A DNA stretch of 55,943 bases, the filler included, from Porpidia crustulata (lineage: Eukaryota): NCBI GenBank assembly GCA_964255105.1. It is 3 parts of 3 records of this genome, joined end to end, with 100 filler letters (N's around TTAATTAATTAA, not from the genome) between each part and the next. Parts side by side here need not be neighbours in the genome. Positions count along the whole stretch, not along the records: positions 1 to 18,584 come from CAXUWE010000172.1; positions 18,685 to 37,265 come from CAXUWE010000173.1; 1 more part is not named here. The stretch is one strand, 5' to 3'. The stretch's first letter is position 1, and each line of letters opens with the position of its first letter. The notes under the pieces were generated by a model. The model had not been told where the DNA came from, did no database searches, and saw only the letters and a program-made list of their open reading frames with translations. A program made the translations under genes and the position numbers. Positions 13,005-25,787 of this stretch are shown here, one piece after another.

Positions 13005-14520
13005 TACTGAACCTCTCAAATCAAGTATTCCAGGATCGTTACACCGCCGTGTGCAGGGAAACAAGATATGATATGGAACTTGTAGATGGATAGAGTCCAT
13101 TTGGTCCACTTCTTCGTGGATTATTAAGGCCTGGGTTATTGAATTTTACAGCTCGCAGGAAATTGTTTGAACTATTAACAATGAAAAAGATACAAGTCAA
13201 TGTCCTAGTGAACGATGAGTCTTGCCATTTTTCTGTCCCATTCATATATGAAGAATATTCAAGTATTCGTTACGATCTTATATATTCAATTCTTACATCG
13301 ACTATCCTTCTAATCCACCAACTCATGCGGGCCAGAGACGTCAACTCATAGTACGGAGATATCAAGTCTTCTCCGTACTATGCGTCCTCTTCATGACTTC
13401 CACATACTTCGTTGTCCAACTCTCTCATCTTGTATATTAGTATACGCGAGACCAAAAATACTGCACAGCATATTTGAACTATATTACTTACAGGATGAGA
13501 CTCAATAGAAGTATAACCTTACCGCTCAAAATCCAGCGACTAATACTTTCCTTGCAATCAGCTGACGGTATAGAGGAACGGACTTCCAAACAGAGCATCG
13601 GAAGATGACTACAGGGTGTACAGACTACCAGCATTATTTTGTGTGTTGCTTTCTTCTCCACTATCTCGATAATTTTTGCCTAATTCTTCCTAAGACAAAG
13701 TCACTATTTGCACATGACTTCCTTCAGACATAGAAGGTTAAGACCGAAACGTCGTATTAAGCACGCTCAAAACCTTTCTATGTAAGCTAAGACGGTCAGA
13801 TTTGAGTTATGTTGGCATTTTCTTTCAACCTCCGAACAAAATTCCTACACTTTAAATCCGAGTAGCCGCGATAACCTCAGGTCGAAGCTCAAGATATTGG
13901 ACGGAAGTATGATCAACACATTCGACGTAACGTTCCCTCGAAGGCAACTACACCAAAAAGTGTTTCACGGTCTATTCGTATACAACGCTAACATCTGACA
14001 AATGCAATCAGTAATGAATAAGACTAATGAAGAAGGAGCTGAAGCAAATCCGCATGCCCATCTTCGTCTCAAAACTCATCGGCTGTCTACGCTCTAAAGC
14101 TAATTATTGGCTTTTGAATGAGAGCATTACGTTTACTATGGGATTCTCCATCTATATACCGACTCAAATACTCCTGATTACTTCAGAGATGCAGGCCAGG
14201 TGACATCGAAACCTCCAACTGACTTCTCGTAATCACATCAAACCAGAAGTCTACTTGCCGGTGACCGAAGAAAATTGACTATCAACTTCCTCTGAGATCT
14301 ACCCGCCCGATCTTATTGAGTTCCAGATATTCGCTTTCTGCAATAGAAACTGAAAAGCTACCAATGGAGCCGGATTGATTTCGATATTTGCGATTGGATC
14401 TATGGCCTCTTCATATTTGTGGTAAATATTTTTTGAATCATGAAGGAAAAGATAAGAAGTTACAGGACCCGCTGGGCACGAAGCCTGAGGGATATGGAGT
14501 AATTCCCTAGCAAAATTCAT
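13005..14520 (+). pseudogene. Degenerate coding relic of unknown family
   Basis: Protein-like stretches broken by stops (RYDMELVDG*SPFGPLLRGLL...). Later hydrophobic segments SITFTMGFSIYIPTQILLITS and DWIYGLFIFVVNIF*IMKEK. No long intact ORF. Confidence 0.25.
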
Positions 14521-15101
14521 TCAAGATTTTCCTTCCGAGCGTACTGAATCTAATAATACTGCAGCACAAGACAAAATAACAAAATTGAAAAAGATACAGT
14601 CAAGAACAAAGTCAATAAATGTTTACTAAACGACAATATTTATTTTTAAATTTAGTCGATCGTTGGTGGCAATATTCTGTCAACGTTGAGCTTGTACAGA
14701 ACACATTAACTCAATAGGAAATTGATTAGCAACACACGTAAAACGATGATCATTTATCTGCATTCGCAAATTTTATCAAAGTCGAAAGTATGTGGATGCT
14801 TTTTCTCATAAGAGCTGACGACTATAGTACTGGTATCCATGCAGATCATGCGCAGGAAGGAACAACCTTCGCTTGAAGCTATTCTTCTTCCTTCATTCAC
14901 AATCATTGTGCGCTCTGGATTATCTTTTTATTGCATTCTAGCGATTCCTGCCGAATTCTCGCGACAAGCTGCTTAGGTGGTTACGTGTTGATACTACGAT
15001 ATTCTTCTTTTTCTTATCAATATAACCTTATACATATACATATATACTCTACGACAGAGAGAGCGTGTGCGATAGCCATATTCAGGACGATTGAGTTGAC
15101 T

Positions 15102-16452
15102 ATGGAAGTGCCGCCTCCAGAGACCTAAGTGCCATACTTCAAGCGACTTTCTGGAAACGGAGCTTTCGTTGAGATATCATTCGTTGGCAGCACGGATCAT
15201 ACTAGGAGCCGGATTGCGAATAAGTTAGAGGGACCAAGACAATTCTTAGATACAAGAATATCCAATACGCGACAACATTATGTCAGACGATGTCTGGCGA
15301 CCGGTTCCTACCCCCTCACGGGGGCAGGTTTCTCTGTCACCCCAGCAGGAACCTGTTTCCGAACCGGAAGCAGACCTAGAAGACAACGAGTGTATGATTT
15401 GCTGAATCTGCCGGCTTCTTCTCGAATTTAGGAAACGGCAAAGTGTATTGCCATTTTGGTGAAAACACGACAAATGCTATGATAATCACCCCAAAGAACG
15501 CTAGTACCAAAGAAGCTTTACTCTGCCAGAGACACGCAAATAGCGACGACTACAAGACGGTAATTGAATGAAGACATAATTGCTCACAAAAGTTATTGCG
15601 ACTAATGTTACGCCCACATTATTGGCGGGGACAACCACTATGGTCAGGGAATCACAAGAGTGCCTCAAATTTTACCCTCCGTCGCCGCTTTTGTCTCCCG
15701 AGCTAAAAGAGTGTTAGCTATTTGCCAAAACGTAATGAGACTGGAAAGGCCAGAGCAGACGGAGAACTCGATGAAGTCCTTTTGATTGCCCTAAACTCAG
15801 TAAAAATGTCTTTTGCCTATACAAAAGCGACAAGGACTTTGTACGACTGATAGGATGTCAAGGACTGTTCCATAAAAGCTGACAACTGAAAAATCAAGGT
15901 TGATGAAGGAACGGGATCAGGATCCATTTGAAGAACCTTCATTGATAGAGGAAGCTAAGCTTCGCCGGAATCCGCTTCCTCTGAAGGCATGAAATGATCT
16001 TTTCACAAAGAAGCAGATAATTGGGAAGGGCTACCCTTCCTGAGATCTTTGGAGATTCTCCATCCTCTGATTTCTGGTCCGACGCGTGGCCATTCGATTT
16101 TGCGGACAATGTCACCGCCAAGCCACATCAACAACGTGGAGAGGGCACCCCGCGGCATGGACTCTGGCTATCTGAAATATTTAGTAAAATGAGACTAAAC
16201 GTGTTCAGAACAGGACCAATTTCTCCCTTCAAAGTCAACTGGACAAACCACATTGAAGACAAACTAAGTCGACAACTTTTCGGCTTGGACCCGCACCAAA
16301 TCAAACGATTCTTCCCTCAATTTCGGTCTATTTTGTATCTGGGCGAACATCCGAGTGGGCAAAAATTAGGAAACAATGCTCTGGCACATGTGGATTGCTA
16401 TCCGAATAAAAAAGAAACGGGTCATTATACAATTAAGATTGCAACGGTTTAA
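15102..16452 (+). pseudogene. Disrupted fungal hypothetical-protein gene
   Basis: Fragments separated by stops and frameshifts. PFKVNWTNHIEDKL in 16021-16452 recalls a WTxNLxDHL motif of an uncharacterised fungal family (from memory, unverified). Confidence 0.3.
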
Positions 16453-16660
16453 ATTAGATCAACGAGTCATTTAATTCTAGATGCAAGAACACTCTCCTAG
16501 GCTCAGCAAAATCGTCATGAAGCATTCAGCAATATATCTTACGATTTCAACAATCCCTCATTTAAGAGAAAATCAACAGTCGGTAAACGTCCGGGAGACT
16601 TGAGGGACGTCTCCTTACGCGCGGGATTCCCTGCGGCCGTCGGTAGCACACGACGAGTAA

Positions 16661-17725
16661 ATTTACATACAACCAAAAGCGTACTTGAATAAAGAAGACA
16701 ATGAGATTGAGCAGAATGTCGACATGAAATCATAAAGACGAATTTTACAGACTGGACCCGTATAAGTGCTAGTTTGGGAAGAAGCTTTCGATCGCCACGA
16801 TGGAGAACTATTCGCGCTCATGGTGCATGACTGATGACATGGAAATCGTCTTGTGTTCAAGAGACATCGTCTCTATGAAAGTCTGATGTTCATAGTCACG
16901 TCTTCGATATGCCATCACATTATAGCTATAGACTTTACCACTTCAACAAGTGTCACCCTATAAGCGATACTGCTCGAATATTATATTTCTGAACATTCGA
17001 TTGATGACAATTATTCTCCTTCAAGCATTGTGTCGGATTTGCCGTCTCGAACAGCAGCATTTCATTCATGTCTGAGTACTAATACTCGCGCAAACACATC
17101 TATAATCAGATGCTTCAAGCTCGCTATGCATTCAAGATAATTCGATTTCGACGATTCGAAAATCTTCTCATCTGAGCTTCTCATGCTGTTAACGTTGCAA
17201 GTGAATTCTTCTTCATCTTCTGCTTCGATTCGAAGTCGTGTAATAATTTCGACGAGTCGTCAGTTTACCAACGCTTTGAAAAGGACAAAATACATGAGAT
17301 AAGAATCATCATATATTCAGGTATTTATGAGAACATTTGATACGATTCGTTATTAGAAACACGCAAAGCGTCTTTCACGCGACTCGACTTTTACGACTAT
17401 GCAGCAACATTCTCTGTCTTGCGGTAGTCTTTTATATGTTTAAAGTACAATTCAAGTCCAGACGATGAACTTACGTGACTTTTTGAAGCAGAAGAAGAAT
17501 CCAAAAAGTCAAGCAGTCATCGACTCAGTGCTTGGACCTTCCTGGGGACGAGTTGCTCTTGTATTGATAGAAAAATATACACTATGGTTGTCAGCAGATT
17601 GGAAAATTATTGATGACTCTTTTTTCCAAAGTAGTACTAAACGACACATCATGAAATATCCAAAGACTCGAAAAATCGCTACAAGCCTTGTCGTCATCAT
17701 CGCTCCTCGTTCCTCGATACCATGA
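16661..17725 (+). pseudogene. Hypermutated (RIP-like) gene or repeat relic
   Basis: One frame reads IYIQPKAYLNKEDNEIEQNVDMKS*RRILQTGPV*VLVWEEAFDRHDGELFALMVHD**HGNRLVFKRHRLYES. Strong CC/GG depletion in 16861-17460. Residual ORF at 17465-17725. Confidence 0.4.
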
Positions 17726-18584
17726 AATCCGTGGGATTAGGCGCCTCCTAGACCACAGCCACCTCAATTATCATTTGCTATAGGTGCCTATCCATTTGAA
17801 TGCTGCTCTCTGACAACGATATCAGGCCTCTACAGCGTATCTGCTTCTACACGGTATGGATGGCCTATGCCTGACCACCTCCCTTCCGGCCTCCAACGAT
17901 TGCGACGGGGAGAACATCAACTCTCGCAAGCTTGCAAGGCCTCTACCTTAGGCTAGAACAAACCAAAGATATGGAAGTCACACGTTCTAAGTCATGGTCC
18001 TGTTACTAGGTCACAACTCCCTCAATGCTGTACATCTTCCTTTCCCCGTTTCCCAATTTTCAGGAATTGATTGATTTCAAAGGTCCACCGCCAAAGACAG
18101 TCAGGGGGGAGATACGCATATTTTCAAGGTGGTATGTGGTTTCTCCGAGAAGATAGGTGGTTTTTGCTATGGGAGCAGGTAATATCTTAGATGTTATTGG
18201 TTTTTTTGGAATGGGTGTTTGCCAGCTTCCCAATATCAAGATTATCGTGGTCCATTAAAGAACATTGGGTATTTCAATCGGACTACGACAAGATATATTG
18301 AATGAAAAAGAAATCGCAGGAAGAATCGATAATCGATAAAAGTACGCGGGTCCTAATCTGGAGCTCGGAAAGCACTGGTTTCTATATCAAATGAATGGCG
18401 AAAATTGTACACATCACAACCCGTCACAAAATCGATAAAAATTCCAATTACTTCAAATTTTCTCAACGACTGAACAAGTCAGAAGATACGTTGCTGTAAC
18501 GGTTGTTCTAATAACAACACAAGATATAAACAGAGATGCAAATGAGTAACGAACTCCTATAGCTACTAGACTTGCAGGTCTGGG

Positions 18585-18684
18585 NNNNNNNNNNNNNNNN
18601 NNNNNNNNNNNNNNNNNNNNNNNNNNNNTTAATTAATTAANNNNNNNNNNNNNNNNNNNNNNNNNNNNNNNNNNNNNNNNNNNN
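18585..18684. other. Scaffolding gap with artificial six-frame-stop linker
   Basis: 44 N + TTAATTAATTAA (18629-18640) + 44 N, exactly 100 bp. Confidence 0.95.
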
Positions 18685-19902
18685 GATCTCCCTGAGCCGT
18701 AAGGAATGCTCTCGCCCTTGACAGTTAACAACACACCCCCTGCTTTGTTAATGCACTTTATCCCAGACGCGAAGTATCTTATCTCCTGATGCCACACCCC
18801 CCACAGTCCGAAGATCAACAGAGCAATGGGGCCCATGATTAGCTTCATCGGCACTAGTCAGTCATCATGCACCACAATCTGCACCCCACGCTCCTTCGAG
18901 CAGCTTCCCTCCCAATTCGTCCAGTATCAGCATCTGCTAACCTCTTTGGCGACGGTAGCTTCCTTCAAAGACGATTTCCGATTGGAGCAACCGCCAAAGG
19001 CCAACAGGGAGCGACCGTTCTCGGATATAGAGTTTTCCGGCTGAATGTTGGCCTGCAGCTGAAACACGAACGATATCGCACGTTCAACGTTCTTCTTCCG
19101 GCTTTGGGACTCGCATGGGCTTTGGGCGCATTAGAGAGGGGGTTGGATTTTCTACATTGTGGGAGGCCTTTCACTGAAAAGAACAACGTATACTACAGGC
19201 ACACCGCCGACATGTACTCTATGATATGGCAGATGGAATGGAGTGTTCGGGTGAGTGAGGTCAGGTTTGGTGCTCTACAGCTACGAGGTTGGCTTGATTA
19301 TACTTTGGTTCCAACAGAGTCGGATTTCAGGCATCGCATACACTCAATGCAAAAGATCATATTTGGATGCAGCATGCTGTTTAATTGACTGTCGAGGCTG
19401 GAACGACTGTGATTGCGGAACGCACGACTAATGCTATCATGCGAAAGTATGACCATGTTAGGAAAGCGCATGAAATGAGTGTAATCGCTGCAGAGCAGCA
19501 AGGCAAATAGACTGACGAATAAACATGTTGCATTTTGGTATCTTCTCCCCAGCAAAGCCTCAGAGGGAAGGGCAAGCGTGATGCGATTCCAAACGTTTAG
19601 CACAGTACAGGCATGTAGCTGCTTTGGCCTGGCGGCCGTTTCCGGCCTGGTTGAGGTATCACAAATCTCCTCCCTGCTCTCGGCTGCGTGTGATGAGCAA
19701 GCACTTTCCCTTGACGGATAGGCGAAGTTCTTGGCATTCAAGAGGCCGGTGGCAGCTTCATGACCTGGAGGTGCTAGTGAAGTGCAGGCACTTGTTTGGG
19801 CACGTAGGATCATGCAAGAGCATTAGGGCCTGTTGTAAGCTTGGATTATCCGTTCGACTTAGATTCGTCTCATGGTATCTCTCCTGATTGAAGTAACCCC
19901 AA

Positions 19903-22900
19903 TCAATCATAATTTCCCAGCCCAACTTGACTGGCAAATGCAGTAGAGACACTTCGAAGGTCGTCTTCTCTAGTGGAACTTCCACCAAAACCGCTGCCGT
20001 CGGTGCTACGGCCGCCTGATTCAACGTAACGCTTCAGGCGATCGGATTGACTCAGGCTGGTTTGCTTGGCATCATTGATACTGAGACCAGCCAAGCTGAC
20101 ACCGCCTTGCCCAACGGATTTACCGTCCACCGTGCTGGCTCCATTGATGTCTGACTCTGTGGCGGCAGTGGATTCACCTGCGATACTCTCAGTGGCTCGA
20201 CTCTTAGCACCATTGGGGCGACGGCCGTTAATTGAAGGCCAAGTGTCTTGAAAACCGGAGAACATTTGCGGATAGGCAGATGGGACACCGACTCCACCAA
20301 TCGAAGACGAGTGAACCGACGACACATCATCAGGAATATAGCCTACGATAGAACCAGATTCATTGTATTCTTGACGAGTTCCATTACGACCATTGGACAT
20401 GCCGCTGGCCATGTCAGATGCGCGCTGATATGACATCTGGTAACGTTGAGGGCCGCGGTAAGATTGTTTTGGACGACTGAATTGCAGCAGAGATATCTGG
20501 AGATTGGATAGAGGTCCTTCGACAAGGCAGTTCCGTTCCTTAAAGTGCAGAAGGAGATAATGCCACAAGGGATGTTTGGAGAGGACCTTCGGGTTACCAA
20601 GGATAACCAAGCCGTATTTTGCGCGGGTGAGGGCAACATTGAGACGACGCGGGTCGCTCAAGAAACCGATACCTTGGTGATCATTCGAGCGAACACACGA
20701 GAGAACAATAAAGTCTTTCTCACGGCCTTGGAAAGCATCGACAGACGCGACTTCAATTTCTTTGTAGTTCTCCTTCTTAAAGGTTCCATTGGTCTGCATC
20801 GAGCTGACGACATAGCTTCGCTGGCCCTCGTATGGTGTGATTATCCCAATGTCACTAGGCTGTACACCAGCTTTGAAAAACCGGGTGATAATCTTCTCGA
20901 CATTCGAAGCCTCAGTGCGATTGAGATACGACGTACCGGAAGCCGAGATCTCTTCGTTTCCGAGGTTAGACCAGAACATCATTGGTGAGTCGATGACTGG
21001 CCAGGGGAAGTCCACATCACGGCGAAGTCGCTGCTGCATGGTCACTCCGTTCTGCAGAGATCCTTCGTAGAACATGTTCGATGGAAATTCGGACAAACAC
21101 GGATGCATACGGTACTGTACATTCAAACGGATAGGAGCACAACCAAGTATGACAAGACGCTCAAACAGTGATTGGTTAAGACCTGCTTTGGCGGCCTTTT
21201 TGTTCATGATGACCGGGCCGAGTTGCTGATGGTCACCAACAAGCACAACTTGCTTACAGCCAAGCACTAGGGGGATCATGCACTCAGGCTCTGCAGATTG
21301 GGTAGACTCGTCAATCAGAACAGTGCGGAATTTGAACCTAGAAAGGCGTGGATCACCAGCCCCGACGCAGGTACAGCAGATGACGTCCGCGTTGGTAAGA
21401 ATCTCGCGTTCAGCGCTTCGCGTAAGTTGCTTGTACTTTTTCTCGTCCTGGCTAGATAATTCTCCCAGCTCGCCCTTCAGCTGGTTGAGCTTGACCAACT
21501 CCACATTGCTATCGTTCATGCGGACCTGCTCATGAAGAGAAAGAAACCCAACAGGGGATTCCACGTCCTCGCGAGATTTCGCAGTTACTCGAACAGTCTT
21601 TAATCCCGTTTTATGTATGCGCTCACACAATTGATCCACGGCTACGTTAGAAGGCGCACAAACAAGCACTTGGCCACCGTTGATCTTGGCCAAATGGTAT
21701 ATGATAGTTGCAGAGGTCACAGTCTTGCCAGTACCGGGAGGTCCTTGAATCAGACTCAATGGTTTCTGCAAAACACTCTTTACAGCGTTGATCTGACTAC
21801 CGTTGAGTTCCGGCAAGCCAGGTACGCTGGATTTCTTAGGCATCTGTGTTTTCATAGGCGCTGCTGCAACTTCATGGCCAAGAAGTCGATGAAAGATGTA
21901 TCCGGATACACTCATTTCATCCACTGCAAATGTCTTCATAGCCAATTGCATACGATCAAAGGAGGTTGCTTTCCATACGTAATCGGCACTGAAATTATGA
22001 GTGCATTCGGTGGGCACGGATTTATGGTCACCCTTTGCGCGAAGTTCGATCGTAACTTCGTCAGACTGATTGTTCGGAATCTTTATGACATAGCCGACAC
22101 CTTCCCACTGTGGACGAAGCTCGCCTGTATATTTGATACGCATTTCATCCCCAACCGCGAGCTTCACGTCGCCGAGTTCGAGCTTCGGTAGCACAAAACT
22201 AGCAAGGTGCTTATTGTTAAGTCCAAAGTCCCAACGAACGACAAGCCCATCTTGTGATTGTGACTCTTTGAGCTTTCGATCGTAGTCGGCCTCGATCTTT
22301 ACTAACGGGCCAAAAACATTCTGATATTGGTATGCATCATCATAATGAAGCAATACCGGGGCCGGCTCATCATCCACACCCGCACCTTTTTCCAGATCTG
22401 CAACAGTCGCTCCGGCGTTGTCCTTCCACATCTCCTCAAGCTTAGCAATCATCTGAGGGCTCAGATGGCGTGCACGGAGTTGCTCTTGATCTGATGGTGC
22501 AGAGACAAGCCAAGTCAGAAAGGAGCGGTCTTCGATAAGCGGCTGCCATCGCGACACATCCCAATTCATATCTTTTGACGAGGGCATAGCGGCACATGGC
22601 TGGCGGCAAAGGAGGACCACAACCGTATCCGACTTAGCGGGTATGAAACCCAATAGGAAAACGTTCTTGGTCCCACAGTTGTAGCATTCCAAAACAGTGT
22701 CTCCCAACGAGGAACTAGGATGGAGCTGTACCTCCTTGTGCCTGGCACGAACGAGATGGTTGATGATATGGGAAGATGAGGTGTTACCACGAGCGCTACA
22801 GAACCACTTACTACAAGCAAGACATCTCACGACAGAGCTAGGATTATGGATGCCGCAATAGCTAGCATGAATGATGTCAGTCCAGCCTGTGCCATACTAT

Positions 22901-23216
22901 GAGAGTAGGGCTATGCTCACGCGCACGCATGTGGCGGTAGTTCTTTTTCTTCTTCAGGTCTTATATTCGGCTTGCCATTCGCTCCATCCACTGGCATGCT
23001 TACCAAACTCTCTGTGTCGTCGTCGTCAAATGCCTCTGTGCCTTCGTCCTCATCATCATGGCGACGTCTTCTGGGCCCTCCTGTCAGATTTCCTCTGCCG
23101 TATTCTCTATCAAGAATGTTTTCATCTGGATCGATTGTTGAAAGATCATCCCCGGCGTTTATAGTTGGTCCAGAGTCTGAGACAATAGAATTGTTGATGC
23201 TATTGAAGAACTCCAT
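19903..23216 (-). CDS. UPF1: Regulator of nonsense transcripts 1, ATP-dependent SF1 RNA helicase
   Basis: Intron 22920-22862 gives [29 protein letters not shown] (CH zinc domain). Also [39 protein letters not shown] and [13 protein letters not shown]. Confidence 0.98.
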
Positions 23217-23672
23217 ATCTCACACAACTCGTTTCCCCGCCAGTTGTGCCCAGCTTTTAGACCTAGAATATCTCTCTTCCTGCGTCCGCCAGTGTAGCTT
23301 TTGGGTGGGAATGAGGTTGTAATTTTGGTGCTATGGGGATGAGGGAGTTACGAGTTAAGTGTATTGTAGTGCGGGCTTGACGCGTTTTGCAAAGGGAAGT
23401 GATCGTATGAGATGTAGGATATTTCCTTCAGCGCCAACCAAGACTCCAAAGAAAATGGAATGATGACCAGTGGAGGAAACTTCCAAGAAGTCCTGGCGAA
23501 GTGTCGGTAGGTGCGCAAAGGAAGCGTTCCTGGATCTGATTCGCATTGCTGCGGGTGACCCCACTAGCCGGAACAAATCTCCATCACTCTACTACACCAC
23601 TGATCTTGCTTCTTACCTACAATCATTTGAAATCGTGTTGGTAATGGGAATCAGACCATTTGTAACACAAAG

Positions 23673-24625
23673 ATGATAGTAAGACTTTTCAAAACCCCTC
23701 TGCGATAAACCCGCATCCAAACCCCCACTAACCCACCGTATAGCGACGGCAGGCTCGCCAACGGCGAGACTACCTTTACCGTCGTGCCCTCACTCTCCGC
23801 GATGCTGAAACCGCAGAAAAGCGTGCCAAACTCAAGGCCTCCCTAGCCACCGGCAAACCCCTCGATCCCTCTATCGCCAACGATAAAATTCTCCGAGAAG
23901 ACTACAAATATGACGAAACAGCTCCGAACGACATTCAAGAATCACTCGACGACGAATATGCCCATCTCTCTGGAATTGTCGACCCCCGGCCCTTAGTCAC
24001 AACCTCCCGATCCCCCTCCACCCGACTCTCCGCTTTCGCAAAAGAAATACGACTCCTCATTCCCACCTCCATTCGCCTCAACCGCGGCACACTCGTCCTC
24101 CCAAATTTAGTCAAGTCAGCCAACTCGTCTGGCCTTAGTGATCTTCTCCTCCTTCACGAACACCGCGGAACTCCGACCGCTCTTACAATTTCCCACCTCC
24201 CCCACGGCCCTACCGCATCCTTTTCATTACACAATGTCCTCCTCCGACACGACCTGCCTTCACCCTCACGCGGCACCGTCTCGGAGTCTTACCCACATCT
24301 CCTTTTCGAAGGCTTCGCTACTCCGCTTGGAAAGCGCGTCTGTCAAATCCTCAAACATTTGTTTCCCCCTCGTGAGGCCGCGACGTCGAACCAAAAGGTT
24401 GGGAGCCGCGTGGTTACATTCAAGAACATTGAGGACAGTATTGAAGTTAGACATCACGTGTTTGTGCGGACGGGCTATCAGAGCGTAGAGCTGGCGGAGG
24501 TGGGTCCGAGGATGACGATGCGGCTGTTTGAAATCAGGGGGGGAACATTAGAGGATAAGGCGGGAGATACAGAATGGCATATGAATCAGTATACTCGGAC
24601 GGGGAGGAAGAAAGATTACCTCTGA
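23673..24625 (+). CDS. IMP4: U3 snoRNP / SSU processome Brix-domain protein
   Basis: 6-nt first coding exon ATG ATA, intron 23679-23743 (GTAAGA...CTAAC...TAG), then RRQARQRRDYLYRRA...LDDEYA...TTSRSPSTRL...LHEHRGTP...HLPHGPT...VELAEVGPRMTMRLFEIR...RKKDYL. Most of it is missing from the ORF track because the start is split. Confidence 0.95.
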
Positions 24626-25787
24626 GGTTTTTGGTGGGTATGGAATATACATGCTTTAGACTCCAGTCCTATCTGTGGTCGGTGGGAGGATTCATCCTGA
24701 GATACCGAGTAGTTCGATAGCCATTACCTAGCTCAACGAGAGGGCGGATATTTTCGAGCAAAAACGATACATGTTAGGATGTCGGGCTGGGCAGAGTTAC
24801 ACTGCAGAGGAAAGAGGGGAAGAGGGGGTAGATATGGGGAAGTGGGAGTAGATATAGGAAAAAGAGGAGACTCAGGGTTCCAAGGTGTCAAAGGTGGTAT
24901 CAGTTGTGCATATACTCTAAATGATGCGTCCGGAAATCTTCAAATGGAAAACCTGCAATCTAGAAAGGGTTCCGTGTTGTTGAGGGCCACAGAAGCCTAT
25001 GCAGAATGGAGGCAATCTTTCTTGAATATGAGATGCCTACGCTATACGGCAGACCTTCGCGGTTGGTGTCACATGGAGGAAAGAAAAGGCTTCTACGTGG
25101 CCAATTTTGTATATATAGTTGTTGTTAGAAAGGCTTATCTACTTCCATCGTTCGAAGTTTGAAAGCAATTGTAATCAATGATTAAGTCGAGTAGATATGA
25201 CGAGATCTTTATTCGAAAGCTGAGTAGGTGAAAGACAATAAGTCAAGAGATGAAATAGGGTAGTAAATGCGATAATCTCGATGCCAGTCTCACGTAGCCC
25301 GAAGAGCTGCACAAGGCATTGGTATCTAATGTGCTTACCTTCCACATAGTCACCTAATGAACCAGGCAATCTTTGACTGTATAGAAGAGAGCCGTTGATA
25401 TGCACAGTGGCCAGAACGTCCATAAAGCTGAGAATTGTCGCTGTTGATCTAGATAGGTCAAATACAGGGCGCAATGTTTGATATTGGACGTGTCAGAGCA
25501 TCATCTCCCGGTAAAAGGAATTTATGCCAAGGACCTGGGCTCAGCCCTAGACTGCTACCTGGCGTGCCTGGTTGATAACAGCGCAGTCAAGATCGGTGCT
25601 GATCATATTGACCACGCCTCAACCTACCACATCTGATCAATGGTGCGATCGATAGAAGGCCCATTTAAGTGTTTCGTCATGCTGTTGGTATTCAGGTAGC
25701 CTGTCATCTCATTCTTTCTCAAGACATATCATTTATCACACGAACAAGTCGTTAAGAATAGGGAATACTTTTCGATACCTTTTCATC

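Noticed and set aside
18629..18640. TTAATTAATTAA as a biological palindrome or piggyBac TTAA site
   Set aside because: Centred in Ns and repeated identically at 37310; it is a scaffolding linker.
18867..19813. ORFs of 173 aa (+) and 171 aa (-) next to the gap
   Set aside because: No recognisable motif or splice model; may be UTR or a truncated gene, so not called.
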